DNA of 64,000 bases from Octopus sinensis (taxonomy: Eukaryota). This document shows positions 38,661 through 51,700 of this stretch, piece after piece; the stretch's first letter is position 1; the number at the start of each line of letters is the position of its first letter. The stretch spans positions 32,178,001 to 32,242,000 of the forward strand of contig NC_043005.1 in NCBI RefSeq assembly GCF_006345805.1, read 5' to 3'. The notes below the pieces were generated by a model. That model worked only from the letters and a program-made list of their open reading frames with translations. It ran no database searches and was not told the DNA's origin. The translations under genes were made by a program, and so were the position numbers.

Positions 38661-39659
38661 CACTGGCTGGAGAGGATATTCAAAATATTAATGAACACTT
38701 AATGTTAGATAATCCTTTTCTATCTCCTTTGGAGATTTCTCTCAAATATATAATAATTTTTTTCAAACATTATTTATCCAGATTATTTTAATAAGGAAAT
38801 ATAGATGTTAACTCATTGACTAAGCAGGTTCTGATTCATTATGAAATATCTAAGATTACTGAGGGACTTGAAACTTGGCATTTTTGGAGTCATTACAGCC
38901 TGGTAATATTGACATAATTATTAAATGTTATATTTCAAAATACAATTATCAAATATTATATTTCATCTGTTTTCCTTGCTGGCATGGGTTGGCTGGTTTG
39001 ACAGGAGCTAGCAAGCTAGAAGACTGCATCAAGCTCTACTGTCTGTTTTGGATAGTTTTTGCATGGCACCAGCAACAGAGAGGTTGCCAAATAATGTAAA
39101 GACAAGACTCCTCAGTTGAGTGGAGAATAGTATTGAAAGTGATGGTTTTGTGCCAGTTAGAAAGAGGTTAAAGTATAAATAGAAGGACAGAAATAGGTGC
39201 CTGCCTGTAAAAGTGCTACAGGGTTACCTCAGGAGGTGGGAGAAGATGTAGATGTGATGGATGGAGTACACTCAAGTGACAGGAGGTGTATATAAGTAAA
39301 ATAGAACCAAGGATTGGATAGGGTGAATGGGTGGATTAGTTCAGAAGATTGTGAGAGAGTGGGAGGTGGAGGTGAGGGAATATAGTGAGTGGATACAAAT
39401 AAAAGGAGTGGATGTTAGGATGATATGTTGTGGGGAAGAAATTCAACAGGGATACATTCTGAGCAAGTGGGCTCACAAGGATTCAAAGGGACAGTGGGAG
39501 GTAGTGAGGAGGGGAATACAGTGAATGGTGAAATCAGGTTGGCTAGGGTGTTAGAAAGATGGATTGTGAGTTTGCCAGGGACAGATTAAGTACAGGAGCA
39601 TGGACATAAATGACATGCCTTCATGGCTTCAATTTTACATAGCTGGATGCCTTGCCTCA

Positions 39660-40990
39660 AGCACTGCAAAATACCAATCATTTTGGCCCTTTGTCATTCT
39701 ATGAGGCTCAACACCTGAAGATCATTTTTCACCAATTTACCCCACATCTTCCTCAGTCTCTCTCTTCCACAGGTTCCTTCCATATTTAAGATCGGCATTT
39801 CTTCCATTGTAGCTATCTTCATCCATTTGCATCACATTATCATACCAATGTAGTCTTCTCTCTTGCACACTACATGGGGTGCTTCTTATACCCAATTTTT
39901 CTCTTAAACATACTTAAACTCTGTTGTACATGCATACTGACATTGCACATCCAGTTTCATTTCTTTCAAACCTTTGTATGTTCTCTGCAGTCACATCTCG
40001 TGTTTCACTATCAGGCAGCATAGCTATTTGTACACAAGCATTGTTGAATCTGCCTCGGTAGAGGTGCTTTGTTACCAACAAAGATAATAGCTCTTTGGAC
40101 TTTGCCCAGCTGGTTCTAATTCTAGCAATGATACTTTCAGAGCATCCTCCACTATACTAATTTGGTCATCTAGGTAATGGAAGCTATCTACTATCTCTAA
40201 GGGTCCCTCTGGGCATTAGAGGTAATCTATTTCCAGTGTGTTCTTAGTGTTTATTGGTCCACATTTTCCACACACAAAGAGTATTTTTCTGTTAACCTTC
40301 CTGTGATTCCACTGCACCTCTTTTGCATCTATAGCTTGTACTGAGTACACCATATGGAATTTCTACCTACATCCTTTCTATGTATCAAACAGGGCTTGCA
40401 GGGATTAGTAATTTGTCTACTGTTGTGCTTACTAGTACTTTGGTCTTTGCTAAATTAACTCTAAGGCCCTTTGATTCTGGGCCTTGCTTCTGTACCTGAA
40501 ATTTCTTCTCTAATTCTACTATAGCTTCAGCTATAAGAACAAAGTCATCAGTATAGAGAAGCTTCCATGGGCAACCGATTTTAAATTCTTCTATCATAAC
40601 CTAAAGGATTATGATAAACAAGAGAGGGCTGGGAACTGAGCCTTGGTAAACTCCTACCTGTGCACTGAATTTGTTGCTATATTCGTTACTGACTTTCACA
40701 TTACAGACAACATCTCTGCACATGGTTTTGGACAGCTTTCACCAGTGACTCATCTACCCATAGCTTCCACAGTGACCACCAGAAGAGAGAGAGAGCGATG
40801 GACCTTGTCAAAGGTTTTCTCCATATTGGCAAATCCAAGTACAGCAGTTTATATTTGATTAAGCACTTCTCCTGCTGTTGCCTTACTTGGAAGATAGCAA
40901 TTGTAGTGCCTCTTCCTGGCACAAAATCAAACTGCATCTCATCTAGTTTAGCTCTCTTCTTAATTAGTTGAGCTATGATCCTTTCTGAAA
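39660..40990 (-). mobile_element. Degenerate RTE LINE RT region
   Basis: QFDFVPGRGTT..IF, DLEKAFD-like, GCPWKLLYTDD, GLRVNLAKTKVL. Confidence 0.85.
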
Positions 40991-41046
40991 CATATGATGT
41001 GCTTTACAGTTAGTTTAAGGAAATAGAAAATTAATTAAAACTTATT

Positions 41047-41077
<31 letters not shown>

Positions 41078-41972
41078 GAAAATCTCACACTTTCCGCTGT
41101 TCAACTACCACCATGGCTCAGTCAAAGTTATTTATCAATTGAAATTAGTTTCATTCCTTTTCATTTCAGTTCAGTTACATATCTATTCGTATATCTCTAT
41201 CTACATCTGTAGACTCACCTTTGTACCTATCTATCTTGAGTACATCTTTCCTGGGGATTATGCAAGCTGATTTATTCAGAATTTTGTTATGGTAATCTTC
41301 AATATAATTCATTGTCAATGTCTAAGCAGGTCTCTATGCTTGAATTGAAACAATTGTGGTTTGTGTTACTCTTGTAGTTGTTTGGCCTCCTTCTGGAAAT
41401 CCACAAGTAGGTACACTAAATAACATTACAATAGAACTATACTATATATTTAGCAAAGTTTGAATTTATGGAATTACTAAGCTTATAAATTCTTTCATAT
41501 TATTAGCATTTCAATTACTTGCTGATTAAAAAGAAGCAATATTCTTCTTTTGCTTTCTCCCTTATTGCATTTATTTTTCTAGTTTTGGTGAGTCTTATTC
41601 ATTCCAATTGTACAACAAAAATGCAGATGGTTTATTGAAGTAATTGTTAATTAGAGGGGTATTTCTGCCAATTCAAGATCACTTACTTGTGAAATATACT
41701 TTGGAAATCAATGAGCTTGTGATAATTTCTTTCTCCCTGTAACTGTTATTACACCATTTGAAATATTGTTTACCTTTCACTAAATACAAAACCTTAAATT
41801 TTAAGTTGACAGGAAAGGGCTTGTTGTGCAGTTCCTCTTTCTTTGAAGATTTGTAATATGAAGTACTTTCAATCAGGAATTGAAACCCTGTCACATAATT
41901 TTGTGCTTTCCTCAATGTTACATTGGAGTTCATCTTATAACCATTTGTTTTTTTTTTCTTCTTGTATTTCAG

Positions 41973-42128
41973 TTGGACAAAATCGACACAGTTCCTAAAC
42001 CTGAAGCAATGACTCATGAAATGTTTGCAGATTACTTCCCAGAGTCTGCTGTTAACCCAGATAAGCCAACTCTGTATCCACATACCAAGCCATACCAACC
42101 AGAGAACATCAAAGATTTCCTTAAATAA
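41973..42128 (+). CDS. ATP5PD: ATP synthase subunit d, last coding exon (LDKIDTVPKPEAMT...LYPHTKPYQPENIKDFLK*)
   Basis: Strong polypyrimidine/ttcag| acceptor; P.PE.MT.E.F..YFPE...P.K.TLYPH motif; TAA at 42126-42128. Spliced CDS is 516 nt = 171 aa plus stop. Confidence 0.96.
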   Translation: MDKIDTVPKPEAMTHEMFADYFPESAVNPDKPTLYPHTKPYQPENIKDFLK

Positions 42129-42206
42129 TTACTTCTTAGTAGATATATTTGAATTTTTGGATGATGAATGTAATGATAGTTTTCTAGTTCTGTATGACAC
42201 AATCTA

Positions 42207-42212
42207 AATAAA
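42207..42212 (+). terminator. Probable polyadenylation signal of ATP5PD
   Basis: First AATAAA ~80 nt after the stop codon. Confidence 0.65.
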
Positions 42213-43328
42213 GTTATTGGTTGGCAACATAATCTTCCAATATTTCCTTTTTAATTGAATTTAAATGCATGTTGACTCCTCGTTTTAATTTTTCACATCA
42301 TCCTATTCATCTTACTATTCTGTGTACTACCATATTTAACACTAACTCTTCCTAATTTATTTAATGTAATTCATAAGTCTACCTCTATTTACAATCTTTC
42401 TCCCCTGATTTTACTGCTCAGAAAGGGGCAGTCTTTCTCTCCTTCATTTGCGATGCACCCACCCATTTTTGTCCCCACCACCTATACTGGAGTTCTGTGA
42501 TGTGAATAACCTAATGCTCTGCAACACCCACTTTAGAAAGCCAGCCATTCACCTGATTACCTATCAATCAAGTGACCATGCTAGCAAGATTAAGTACATT
42601 TTTACCAGAAAGTATGATGTTGTTGCTCATAGATGCAAAGACCTTCTCTGGTGAAGAATGTACTCACCAGCATAGATTAGTTATTAGCAACTTTATACTA
42701 GAAGGATTCCAAGAAGGAGAGCTGTCTGGAAAAGAAGTATTTGGAAGCTTAAGGATTGTTTAAACGGTCAGAGACTTAGGTATGTCCAAATTGTAGTTCC
42801 TCCTTATTAAATCTTTCAGACTTGTAACATAGATAGCAACTGGGAGATACTATGGGGCAGCTTGCTGAGTGCCACAGACCAAATATGTAGCTGGTGCAAA
42901 GTCCTAACAAACCTAAGGTGATGTAGTGGTAGAACAGTGTTGTAGACAAGGCCATCAGAGTGAATAAATTATATCAGATAACTAGGAGGGAGATTAGAAA
43001 ACACACTTAGCCAGGGGATGAGCAGAAAGGAGGAAATTTGCCAATGTTTTGTGGAATGAGATTTTTGGATTACAAGACAGTGCATTAGAGTAAATCATGA
43101 TATGGCAAGAGAGAAGGTATTCACATGGATGATAGCTCACTTGCAGTTAGTGATTCTGGAAGTGCCACTATGAAAGATTGCTAAATGTAGAGGATGCATG
43201 GGAGGAGAGCCTGCCTAATGTGAACCCAACAGAGGGGCCAGCTATCGGAATCGATAGTAACTTAGTAGATAAAGCAAAAGGTTAAAAAGACCCTGGCCCA
43301 TTGGTAATTGCTGCTGAAATGCTTAATA

Positions 43329-44485
43329 TTGGGTTGGCAACTAAGTTCCCACCGTTTTTTAAATTTTGGAATCTTTTTTTTTTCCGAGTTAATTTTAGCT
43401 TATTTTGAGATCATTAAAGTGGAATGTCAAGTTAAGAAAAACGAGCATTTTTGACACCTCCTTTTTGCTTTTAATCAAGGTTCTAAGGCCGCAAAAGCTG
43501 CTTGCGACATTTGTGCTGTGTGCGGAGAGGGTGCCATAGCTGAAAGAACTGCTTGTGATTGGTATGCCAAATTCAAAAATGGAAATTTTGACCTCAAAGA
43601 TGCACCTTGTTCTGGCTGTCCAGTTGAGCTCAATGAAGAGCAATTAAACCAACTTTTGCACGAAAATTCTCGTCAAACAACAAGGGAACTGGCAGAGAAA
43701 ATGGAATGCTCCCACACTGCTAATAGAGAAGCATCTTCGCTTGATGGGAAAAGTTCAGAAGTATGGAGCATGGGTTTCGCATGCTTTAAGTGACAACAAC
43801 AAAAATCGAGCCACAATCTGCTGGTATGCTTGCTTGTCACCGCTCAACTCATGGACACAAGCAACAATTTCTTTACCAAATTGTTACTGACGACGAAAAA
43901 TGGTGGCTGTACATCAATATGAAGCAGCTTAAGGAATGGCTTAGTCCCAGTAAACAAGATCTTCATCTGTGTAAAACGATGTTGTGCGTATGGTGGGACT
44001 GGGAAGGGATTTACGAATTGCTTGAACGGAACCAAACGGTCGAAGTGGAACTCTATGTTCAACAGATGGAATGACTCAAAACGACTATTAAAAAGAAAAG
44101 GCCTAATCGGAAACATGGAGTTCTGCTGCATGACAATGCCTGCCCTTATATTGCCAATATGACCAAGGAAGCAATTCAAACACATGGCTAGGAAGTGCTG
44201 CCACACCCGCCGTACTCACTTGATTTGACACCGATGGATTTCTACCTCATTCAAATGCCATGTGCGGAGCTTAGTTCAATACTGATGCAGAATTGAGAGC
44301 TTGGTTGGATCAATTTTTCGTGTCGAAATCTGGTGATTTCTACCAAGGTATTGAAAATCTTGTTGAATGTTGGGAAGAAGTTGTAAACAAGGGTGAGTAC
44401 ATTATTGATTAATTAGTTATTTTCTATTAAACCTTTTAAAAAATTTAAATTTAAAAAAACGGCGGGAACTTAGTTGCCAACCCAA
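43329..44485 (+). mobile_element. Full-span mariner (DD34D) with TIRs and TA target duplication; transposase disrupted
   Basis: TA|TTGGGTTGGCAACTAAGTTCCC ... GGGAACTTAGTTGCCAACCCAA|TA; WYAKFKNGNFDLKDAP, VTDDEKW, WWDWEG, HDNA, YSLDLTPMDF. Confidence 0.95.
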
Positions 44486-44811
44486 TATATCTGGCAAAGT
44501 GGGATATAACCTAGTCACCTGTATCAGGTTGTTCAATGATTGGTATAGCAGTCAACTGCTACAAAGGCATCAAATTGCTGGACCAAGTGATTAAAGTTAC
44601 AGAAAGGGTCACAGCTCAATTACTTAGGAAGAAAGTTAGCCCAGATGAGATGCATTTTGGATTTATGCAACTGCAGAAGTACTTAGCGCCAAAAATAAAC
44701 CTCTGTTTCCGGCTTTTGTTGACATGGTCCCCCACTCCCTTATCTGGTGGGCAATGTGGAATCTAGAGATAGATGAGTGGTTAGTGAGAGCTGTAAAAGC
44801 CATGTACAGTA

Positions 44812-46304
44812 TGATGGAGCGAAAAAGTACTTTTTACACAGATTTTTGAAATGTTTTCAAGAATATATTTTTTCATTGCAAAATCCTTTAAAAACAACTG
44901 TGTTAAAATTTAAAGTTCTTAAATTCACATCTTCAGGCTCGCACAGCCCACTTGAAATTTTAACTAATGAGTGGCAAATCAATTTGTAACATGTTTGACA
45001 TTCCTCATTTTATTCTATACATTCATAGTTACAAATTGATTTTCTTTTGTAAAATCTCAAGCTCTAAAATTTATATCTTCAGGCTCTGCAAACACAATTG
45101 AAATTACGTGAAATAGACTTTTCGACTTTGTTTTCTTTATTATCTTTGAAACTAGGTGTTACATGGTCTAGATTACACACACACATTAAAATAGATTAAA
45201 TAAATTGTTAAGATTATTGCTGAAAAGAAAATTCTTTTTTGGCAAAAGGCATCCATCCTTTGTGTTATAATTGAGTCAGTTAAACTGAAAATCTTAAACT
45301 TTGCTGACATAGAAGGGCAACTTTGATCTGGCCGATTCTTTCTAATCAACTTCTGTTTAGATACTGCTTGATCTACTCCGCAAATGATTATTTTTCAATT
45401 TGTCTGCTGATCCTGTCAAAAACCTTGTTCTCTCTGTGGTACTTTTTTGTCGCTACTACAACTAAAACTTTTAAATGAGTTGCACTTACAACAGGAAATG
45501 TCATATCTTTTGCATTGTTTTTAAACTCCTTATACTTTTGTTTGAAACAATGGCACATTTTATCTATTTTTCACAGATTTTAGTAATGCTTGGTACCTTA
45601 GATAAAAGATTAAAACTTTTGGTTTAACTGACTCAATCATAATATAAGGGATGGATGCCTTTTGCCAAAGAATTTTTTTTCTGCTACAATCTTGACAATT
45701 TGTTCAATTGAAGAATCTTTCTTAACTACATTCTTTTCTTTTTCTCGTTAAAAAACATTTTAGTACATCCTTGTAAGTTGGCAAAACTCATTCGCAAAGA
45801 TACCCGAGTACCAGATATTGGCCTTTCAATATCATGATGTGTTATTGGCTTAAGAGTCATCACTAAATTTAACACGATCATTAATTTTAATACAATGGCC
45901 TAAAGTCAAGGTGCAAAGCAGAAAACTTCACACTCATATGATATACGTCCACATGCAATGACTGTTGCAGCAGCACTGGAGAGTTCACACTCCTGTTATC
46001 TTTATAGCCAATGCGGAACCTCAAGATATTAGTCAAGTGTATTGAAATTTGGTATGCAACCTCTTAAGGATACTATATTTACAGTTTTGCATTCTGTCAT
46101 GTAGAAATGTATTCATTATGACTTATAATCCATGAAATCCAAAATTCGACCAAAAATAGTGATTTAAAAAATTCTTCAATTGCATTGCAGCGCCTGAAAA
46201 AAATATTTAACTGCAAAGTTCTTTATACACCTTTCTTTTAATTCACAATAAAATACCGATTCTTGGTTACTAATTTCAAAAGTTGTATTTTTCACTCCAT
46301 CCTA
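44812..46304. mobile_element. 1.5 kb non-autonomous DNA-transposon-like insert with short TIRs and a 10-bp flanking direct repeat
   Basis: ATGTACAGTA at 44802-44811 and 46305-46314. Ends GATGGAGCGAAAAA / TTTTTCACTCCATC. Internal inverted repeat ~45230-45300 versus 45610-45690. No ORF. Confidence 0.7.
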
Positions 46305-48291
46305 ATGTACAGTAAGGGGAAAGACCCCAATGAGTATAGCGAGGAATTTTGTGAACAAGTAGGAGTCAACTTGGGATTGGGTCTTAGCCCCCTCTTGTTT
46401 ATCGTAGTGCTTCAGGTTGTAATAAAGGAATTTAAGATTGGCTGCCCTTGGGAGCTCTTCTACGCCAATGACTTTGTTCTTATCACTGAATCACTACCAG
46501 AATTAGAGAAGAAATTTCAGGTATGGAAACAAGACCTGGAATCAAAGGGCATTAGAGTTAATTTAGCAAAAATCAAAGTCCTAATACGTAGGAAAACAGA
46601 CTAATCAGACTCCTTCCAGAAGATGGCCCTGCTTGATATGTAAAAAAGATGTTGGTAGAAACTCCACATGATGTATCCAGTGCAAGCTATGGTCACCTAA
46701 GAGGTGCAGCGGTATCACTGGAAGACTAACAGAGAAAGTAGTTTTTACATATGGAAGGTGTGTGGGTACATAAACACCAGGAATGTACAAATGATAGACT
46801 CTCAAATGTCAGTGGGGACCCTTAGTAGTTGACAGTTTCCATTATTAGGTGATCAAGAAGTTAGCAGTGGTAGAGGTTGTTTCAAAAGTATAGCCACTAG
46901 AATAAGCGGGGCAAAGTTCAGAGAGCAATTACCTCTGTTAGTAATGAAGGGCCTGATGCCTGTGTACTAACAGCTATGTAACATGGCAGTGAAATATGGG
47001 CTGTGACTGAGGACCTGCAAAAGCTTGAAAGAAACGAAGCCAGTTCACTCTGCTGGATGAGTGTCAGTGTGCATGTACAATAGAGTGATTTGAGAGAGAA
47101 ACTGGGTATATAGGGCATCAAATGTAGTGTGCAAGAGAGACCAGAATGGTCATAATGTGTATGAATGAAGACAGTTCAATCAACAAGTGCCAAGTTCTAA
47201 TTGTGGAAGGGGTAGACCCATGAAGATGTGGGATGAAGGGTTACAAAGCGTCTTCAGATGTTGGACCTTACAGAGGGGATGAAAGGGGACTGAGACTTCT
47301 GGTGGTTTGCTGTGCTTGAAAAGACACATCAAGCCAAGTAAATACATGGTTGTTCCTGCATACAGACATGTCCCCTGCATCACTCTTCAGCTGAATGTTC
47401 CTAATGTTGTGGGCTCATGGATGCTGGTGCCATGTAAATGCACCCAGTACTCTGTAAAGTGGTTGGTGTTAGGAAGGGCATCCAGCCATAGAAACCAGAC
47501 ATGGAGCCCAGGCAGCTCCTGCCAAACCGTCCAACCCATGCCAGCATGGAAAACAGATGCTGAATGATGATGATAGGTCAACTATGGCTCTGGGGTTAAG
47601 AAATTTGTTTCCCTACCACATGGTCTCAGGTTCAGTCCCACTTCATGACACCTTACATCATAGCCCTACCTCAAGAGTGGATTTGTTAGGCAGAAACTGA
47701 AAGCCCCTTGTATGTGTGTGTGTGTGTGCTTGTGCCTCCTTGTCTTGACATCAAGTAATAGTTGTCATTTGTTTCCAGTCTTCTATGAAAACATGTCATG
47801 GGAAAATATTACCTAGCCTGGAAACAGGTGAGAGTTGGCATCAGATCATAGAAAACTTGCCTTAATGAAGTCATCTAACTCCTGCAAGCATGGAAAGGTC
47901 GAAGTTGAAACGATTTATTGACAGGAGAGATATTTGAATATCTTGTTTCATTTCATATGTGCAGAAATCTGAAATTATGAAATTAAGTTTCCAAGAAGAA
48001 AATAGTTTCTCAATTTACTTTGCTCCAATCAACATAACAAAAGCAGTAATTATCTTGATATTCTTTATGGTCAACTTAACTTTGTTTTTCCTCAGTAGAA
48101 TTTTTCTGAAAGTATTTTGAAAGTTGGCGAGGGAAGGAGATTGCTCACCATCTTTTACAGTGCCTGTCAAACTGGTGAGGTTAATAACGTTTGTTCAATT
48201 TGAATCGCTATAGATTGGAATAGAGAGGAAAAAAACTTGTAGGTAGGGAAAACTGGATTAGGTAATGAGATACAGGAAAGTATGAGAAGGA

Positions 48292-48724
48292 ATTATAGCT
48301 CTAGAGGGTTCACCACCCGGTCAGGGCTGAAGGATTTTCATGTTTCTAAAGGGGAAACCCAAGTCTTTTAACCCTTTAGCCATATCCAGCCAAAATATTC
48401 CTGTTTTATTTTCAAACCAGTCAAATTTGGCCTCTCACACCTACATCAGTGTCACTTTAAAATCTCAAATCCATGAAATAATGCAAGATTAATCTAAAAT
48501 GATTAACCATGCATTATCTCATGGATTTGAGATTTCAACGATGTGATTATTTAATTTTAAAATGACACTAGGGTAGGTGTGAGAGGCCAAATTTGACTGG
48601 TTTGAAAATAAAACAGGAATATTTTGGCTGGATATGGCTAAAGGGTTAAAAGACTTGAGTTTCTCTTTAGAAACCTGAAAATCCTTCAGCTCTGATCAGG
48701 TGGTGGACCCTCAAGAGCTATAAT
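48292..48724. repeat. 430 bp palindrome: two left ends of a piggyBac-like MITE plus mirrored flanks
   Basis: TTAA|CCCTTTAGC (48372) ... GCTAAAGGG|TTAA (48645). About 75 bp outside each TTAA are also reverse complements of each other. Confidence 0.9.
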
Positions 48725-51700
48725 AGCTTCTGTTCAACTCCTGTATATTCATGTGAATACATAAGCTTTACATTTGACAGAGTATTCTGAATTCTAAATT
48801 ATCAGAGATTACACAGCCTAAAGTTTCAGGTCAGTCCTTATTGAACAAGCCTATAAATTAAGGTGTTTCAACTTTGATTATTCCATCATTTTGTAGGTAT
48901 GACATTGTCCATTGGGTTTTTATTTATGTATTTATTTAAAATGGGGGGATGGGGTGAATGCATATATTCTTTCTCATAAGAGTGATGTACAGGAATTTGA
49001 TATGAAATTGTTATATTCCTATTGAAAGATGTTTGAACTAAGACAATATCATCATTTAATGTCCATTTTCCATGCTGGCATGAGTCAGACAGTTTGACAG
49101 GATCCAGCAACCTGCAAGGCCATATTAGGCTTTGATATCAGCTTTGGCATGGCTTCTGCAGCTAGATGCCCTTCCTAACACCAATCACTTGGCAGAGGGT
49201 ACTGGGTACTTTTTTTTTGTGTCACTTACACTAGTGAGGTTGCCAAGTATCTTACCAAACAGAAGAGACAGAGGTAAAAATTGGTTCCATAACTTCCTGG
49301 AGAGAGTATGAGTAAAGAACTAGGTCTGATGTGCCAAGAAGGGAATGAACAGGATCAGCTGTCTTGATGGGCGTGTAATGGAAAAGAACTTAGAAGTTTT
49401 GTGTGGAGTTGGCAGCGAAGCAGGCAGCAGAAGACAGAATTGTGAGGAAGGATGTTTCTTTTCATCTGTAATGCTGTGAGTGAACCACTTGAGAATTTGA
49501 GGTTATGGGCTTTTGAGGCACACATGTTCTATGGTTTCATGATCAAAAATGGATTAGGTGTAAAGAATACTTGTTGCAAATAGACAGTACCCCTAGCAGT
49601 CAACTGACAAGAAGAGGATGTATTGCTTTGATTATACAATCATTTAGTGACAGTTGGTTTGGAAGTAATTGCAGAATGGTAAACATCTTACATAGAGGTT
49701 ACCAGACTAAACTTATCTCTTGATATCTAAACTACACTGTATAAAGTAACAGCTGTGATTACACTGCTGTTGGCTTGATAATGAGTAGCTAATCTTGAAG
49801 AATAGTGTTTAACAGCCAAGCTTTCTACTCATAAGAGATTACTATCAATAACAGGTATACTAAAATCTAATGCATTCAACACTTTTCTGCTGGGTTGGCC
49901 TCTTTGCTTGTAGGAATATCTGTCCACTATCTCATTTTACCTAGATTCTATTTCAGTTTGCCAAGAAAATCATTAAACCGAGAACAAAATTTTTTGGAAC
50001 TCTTAGAAGCCATCAGTCACCTCCAGTGTTGAAAGGAAAGTTTGCTTTTATAATTTTATAGTAGCTATCAATTTAATTAGAGACTGCAGTTCATGACACA
50101 CTATCTAGAAATATTCTTGCAATCTAGATTCATATTCAAAAGAATAAAATTTAAGGTTCATATCAATTTCCTTGAACATTGTGGAATTGATAATATAAAC
50201 CACATAACAAGCCAGACCAAAATTAAAAAAGAAAGTAATTTCGATTCTAACCAATTAAAAAAAAGCCTGAGAGGATTCACTGTTGTCAGTCCTTGAAACT
50301 CTTCAGTGCCAATAGGTGACTGGTGGTTGCTCAGCTCCACAATGTTTTTTTTCTTCTGACTATTTCAATTGATGACATAGAAATCTCTCTCATAACAACA
50401 TATTGCCTTGCTCTTCTCACTTGACTACAACAAAAGCTTATGTTTAGTTTGGATAAAATAAGTCCATGAAATTTTTTTTCTTTCAATGTACATTGAGACA
50501 AGTATGAATGGAAGGACATTTGGCTATTTTCACTGGCACAAACCATTAATGATTGGTGGGGTACTACTTCTGAACTACATTAGTAGATGCCTGCTCATTT
50601 TATCAACATCGGGCAAGAAAAGTTGACTCGGAGTACAAACATACACCAAAACCTACAGTTTATTCCTGTTTCAGCAGACTCCACCATCACACATTACAAC
50701 ATATAATGACATTAAAATTTGAATTAAAACAGATTTTTTTTTTATTGTTTCCCATGGTTTATTAATTTTTCTTTTCCAATTAAAATTTTTTTTTTCTCTT
50801 GTCAGCAAGGCAAGTGATACAGAACAGAGAGAATACTTGCGGTATTAGCTGATTTTTGTTTTTATTGTTCATGTTACACACTCCACTAAACTGAGGGAGA
50901 AAATGGGGTGGGTTTTTTTTTTTTTTGTAATTAGGGTCTTATCTACACTGAGGTGGGGGTGGGGTATGGAATTATAAGACCAAACTATGTGGTGGTGTAC
51001 AACAAGAGGCCTAGAATATTAGTGGGGAAAGGAAGGGAATGTATAATCCTTAGACTTAAAAAGAAAAAAAAAGTCATTTTTGATATTTTATTTTTCAACA
51101 TTTTTTTTGAAGCAACTCGGAATGAGGTGGAAGGTTCTGGAAGTGAGAAAGGCTATAACAGTGTGTTTAGGTGGTATCTTATCACAGTTCTAAGATCAGA
51201 ATAGTTGTTATAATTTACCTTTCATCTGAATTTAAAGAACATTGATTTCACTACAAAATTATTTACATCCAAAGAGTACAGCAAGAAATCACCATCACAA
51301 CCACCTGTCCACCTGCACTCACATACCCACATTCAGAATCAGTGATAAAGCCCAGTTGATTGGTGGTACACAAGGGAGGGTGAGGTTATCTTCATTTTAT
51401 GCTAAAAGGAAAGGAACCAAAGTAACATGATATATTTCAAAAACTATTTAAATAGTTCTCCATCTAAGCAATAGCTTCAAACTAATTTCAACATTTCCAT
51501 GCTTCAATGAGAAACATTTAGAGGTGGAGTAAGAGGATAATTTCTCAAAGTTACCACTGCTTTACAAAGAATGGCACCTGAAATAACTAACAAATATTTT
51601 ATCAAAATATGAGAGTGGGTGGGTGGTTGAAGTGCTAATCATTACAGTCAATTGGTGCTGAATTTAGCATATTCAACTGAAATAAAAAGTAAAACAAACG

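Larger units (their letters stand above)
42470..47345 (+). mobile_element. Degenerate RTE LINE (APE through RT) split by two DNA-transposon insertions
   Basis: EFCDVNNLMLCNTHFRK (APE end), GIKLLDQVIKVTER, LSPLLFIVVL..GCPWELFYAND. RTE sequence resumes across both insertions. Confidence 0.85.
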
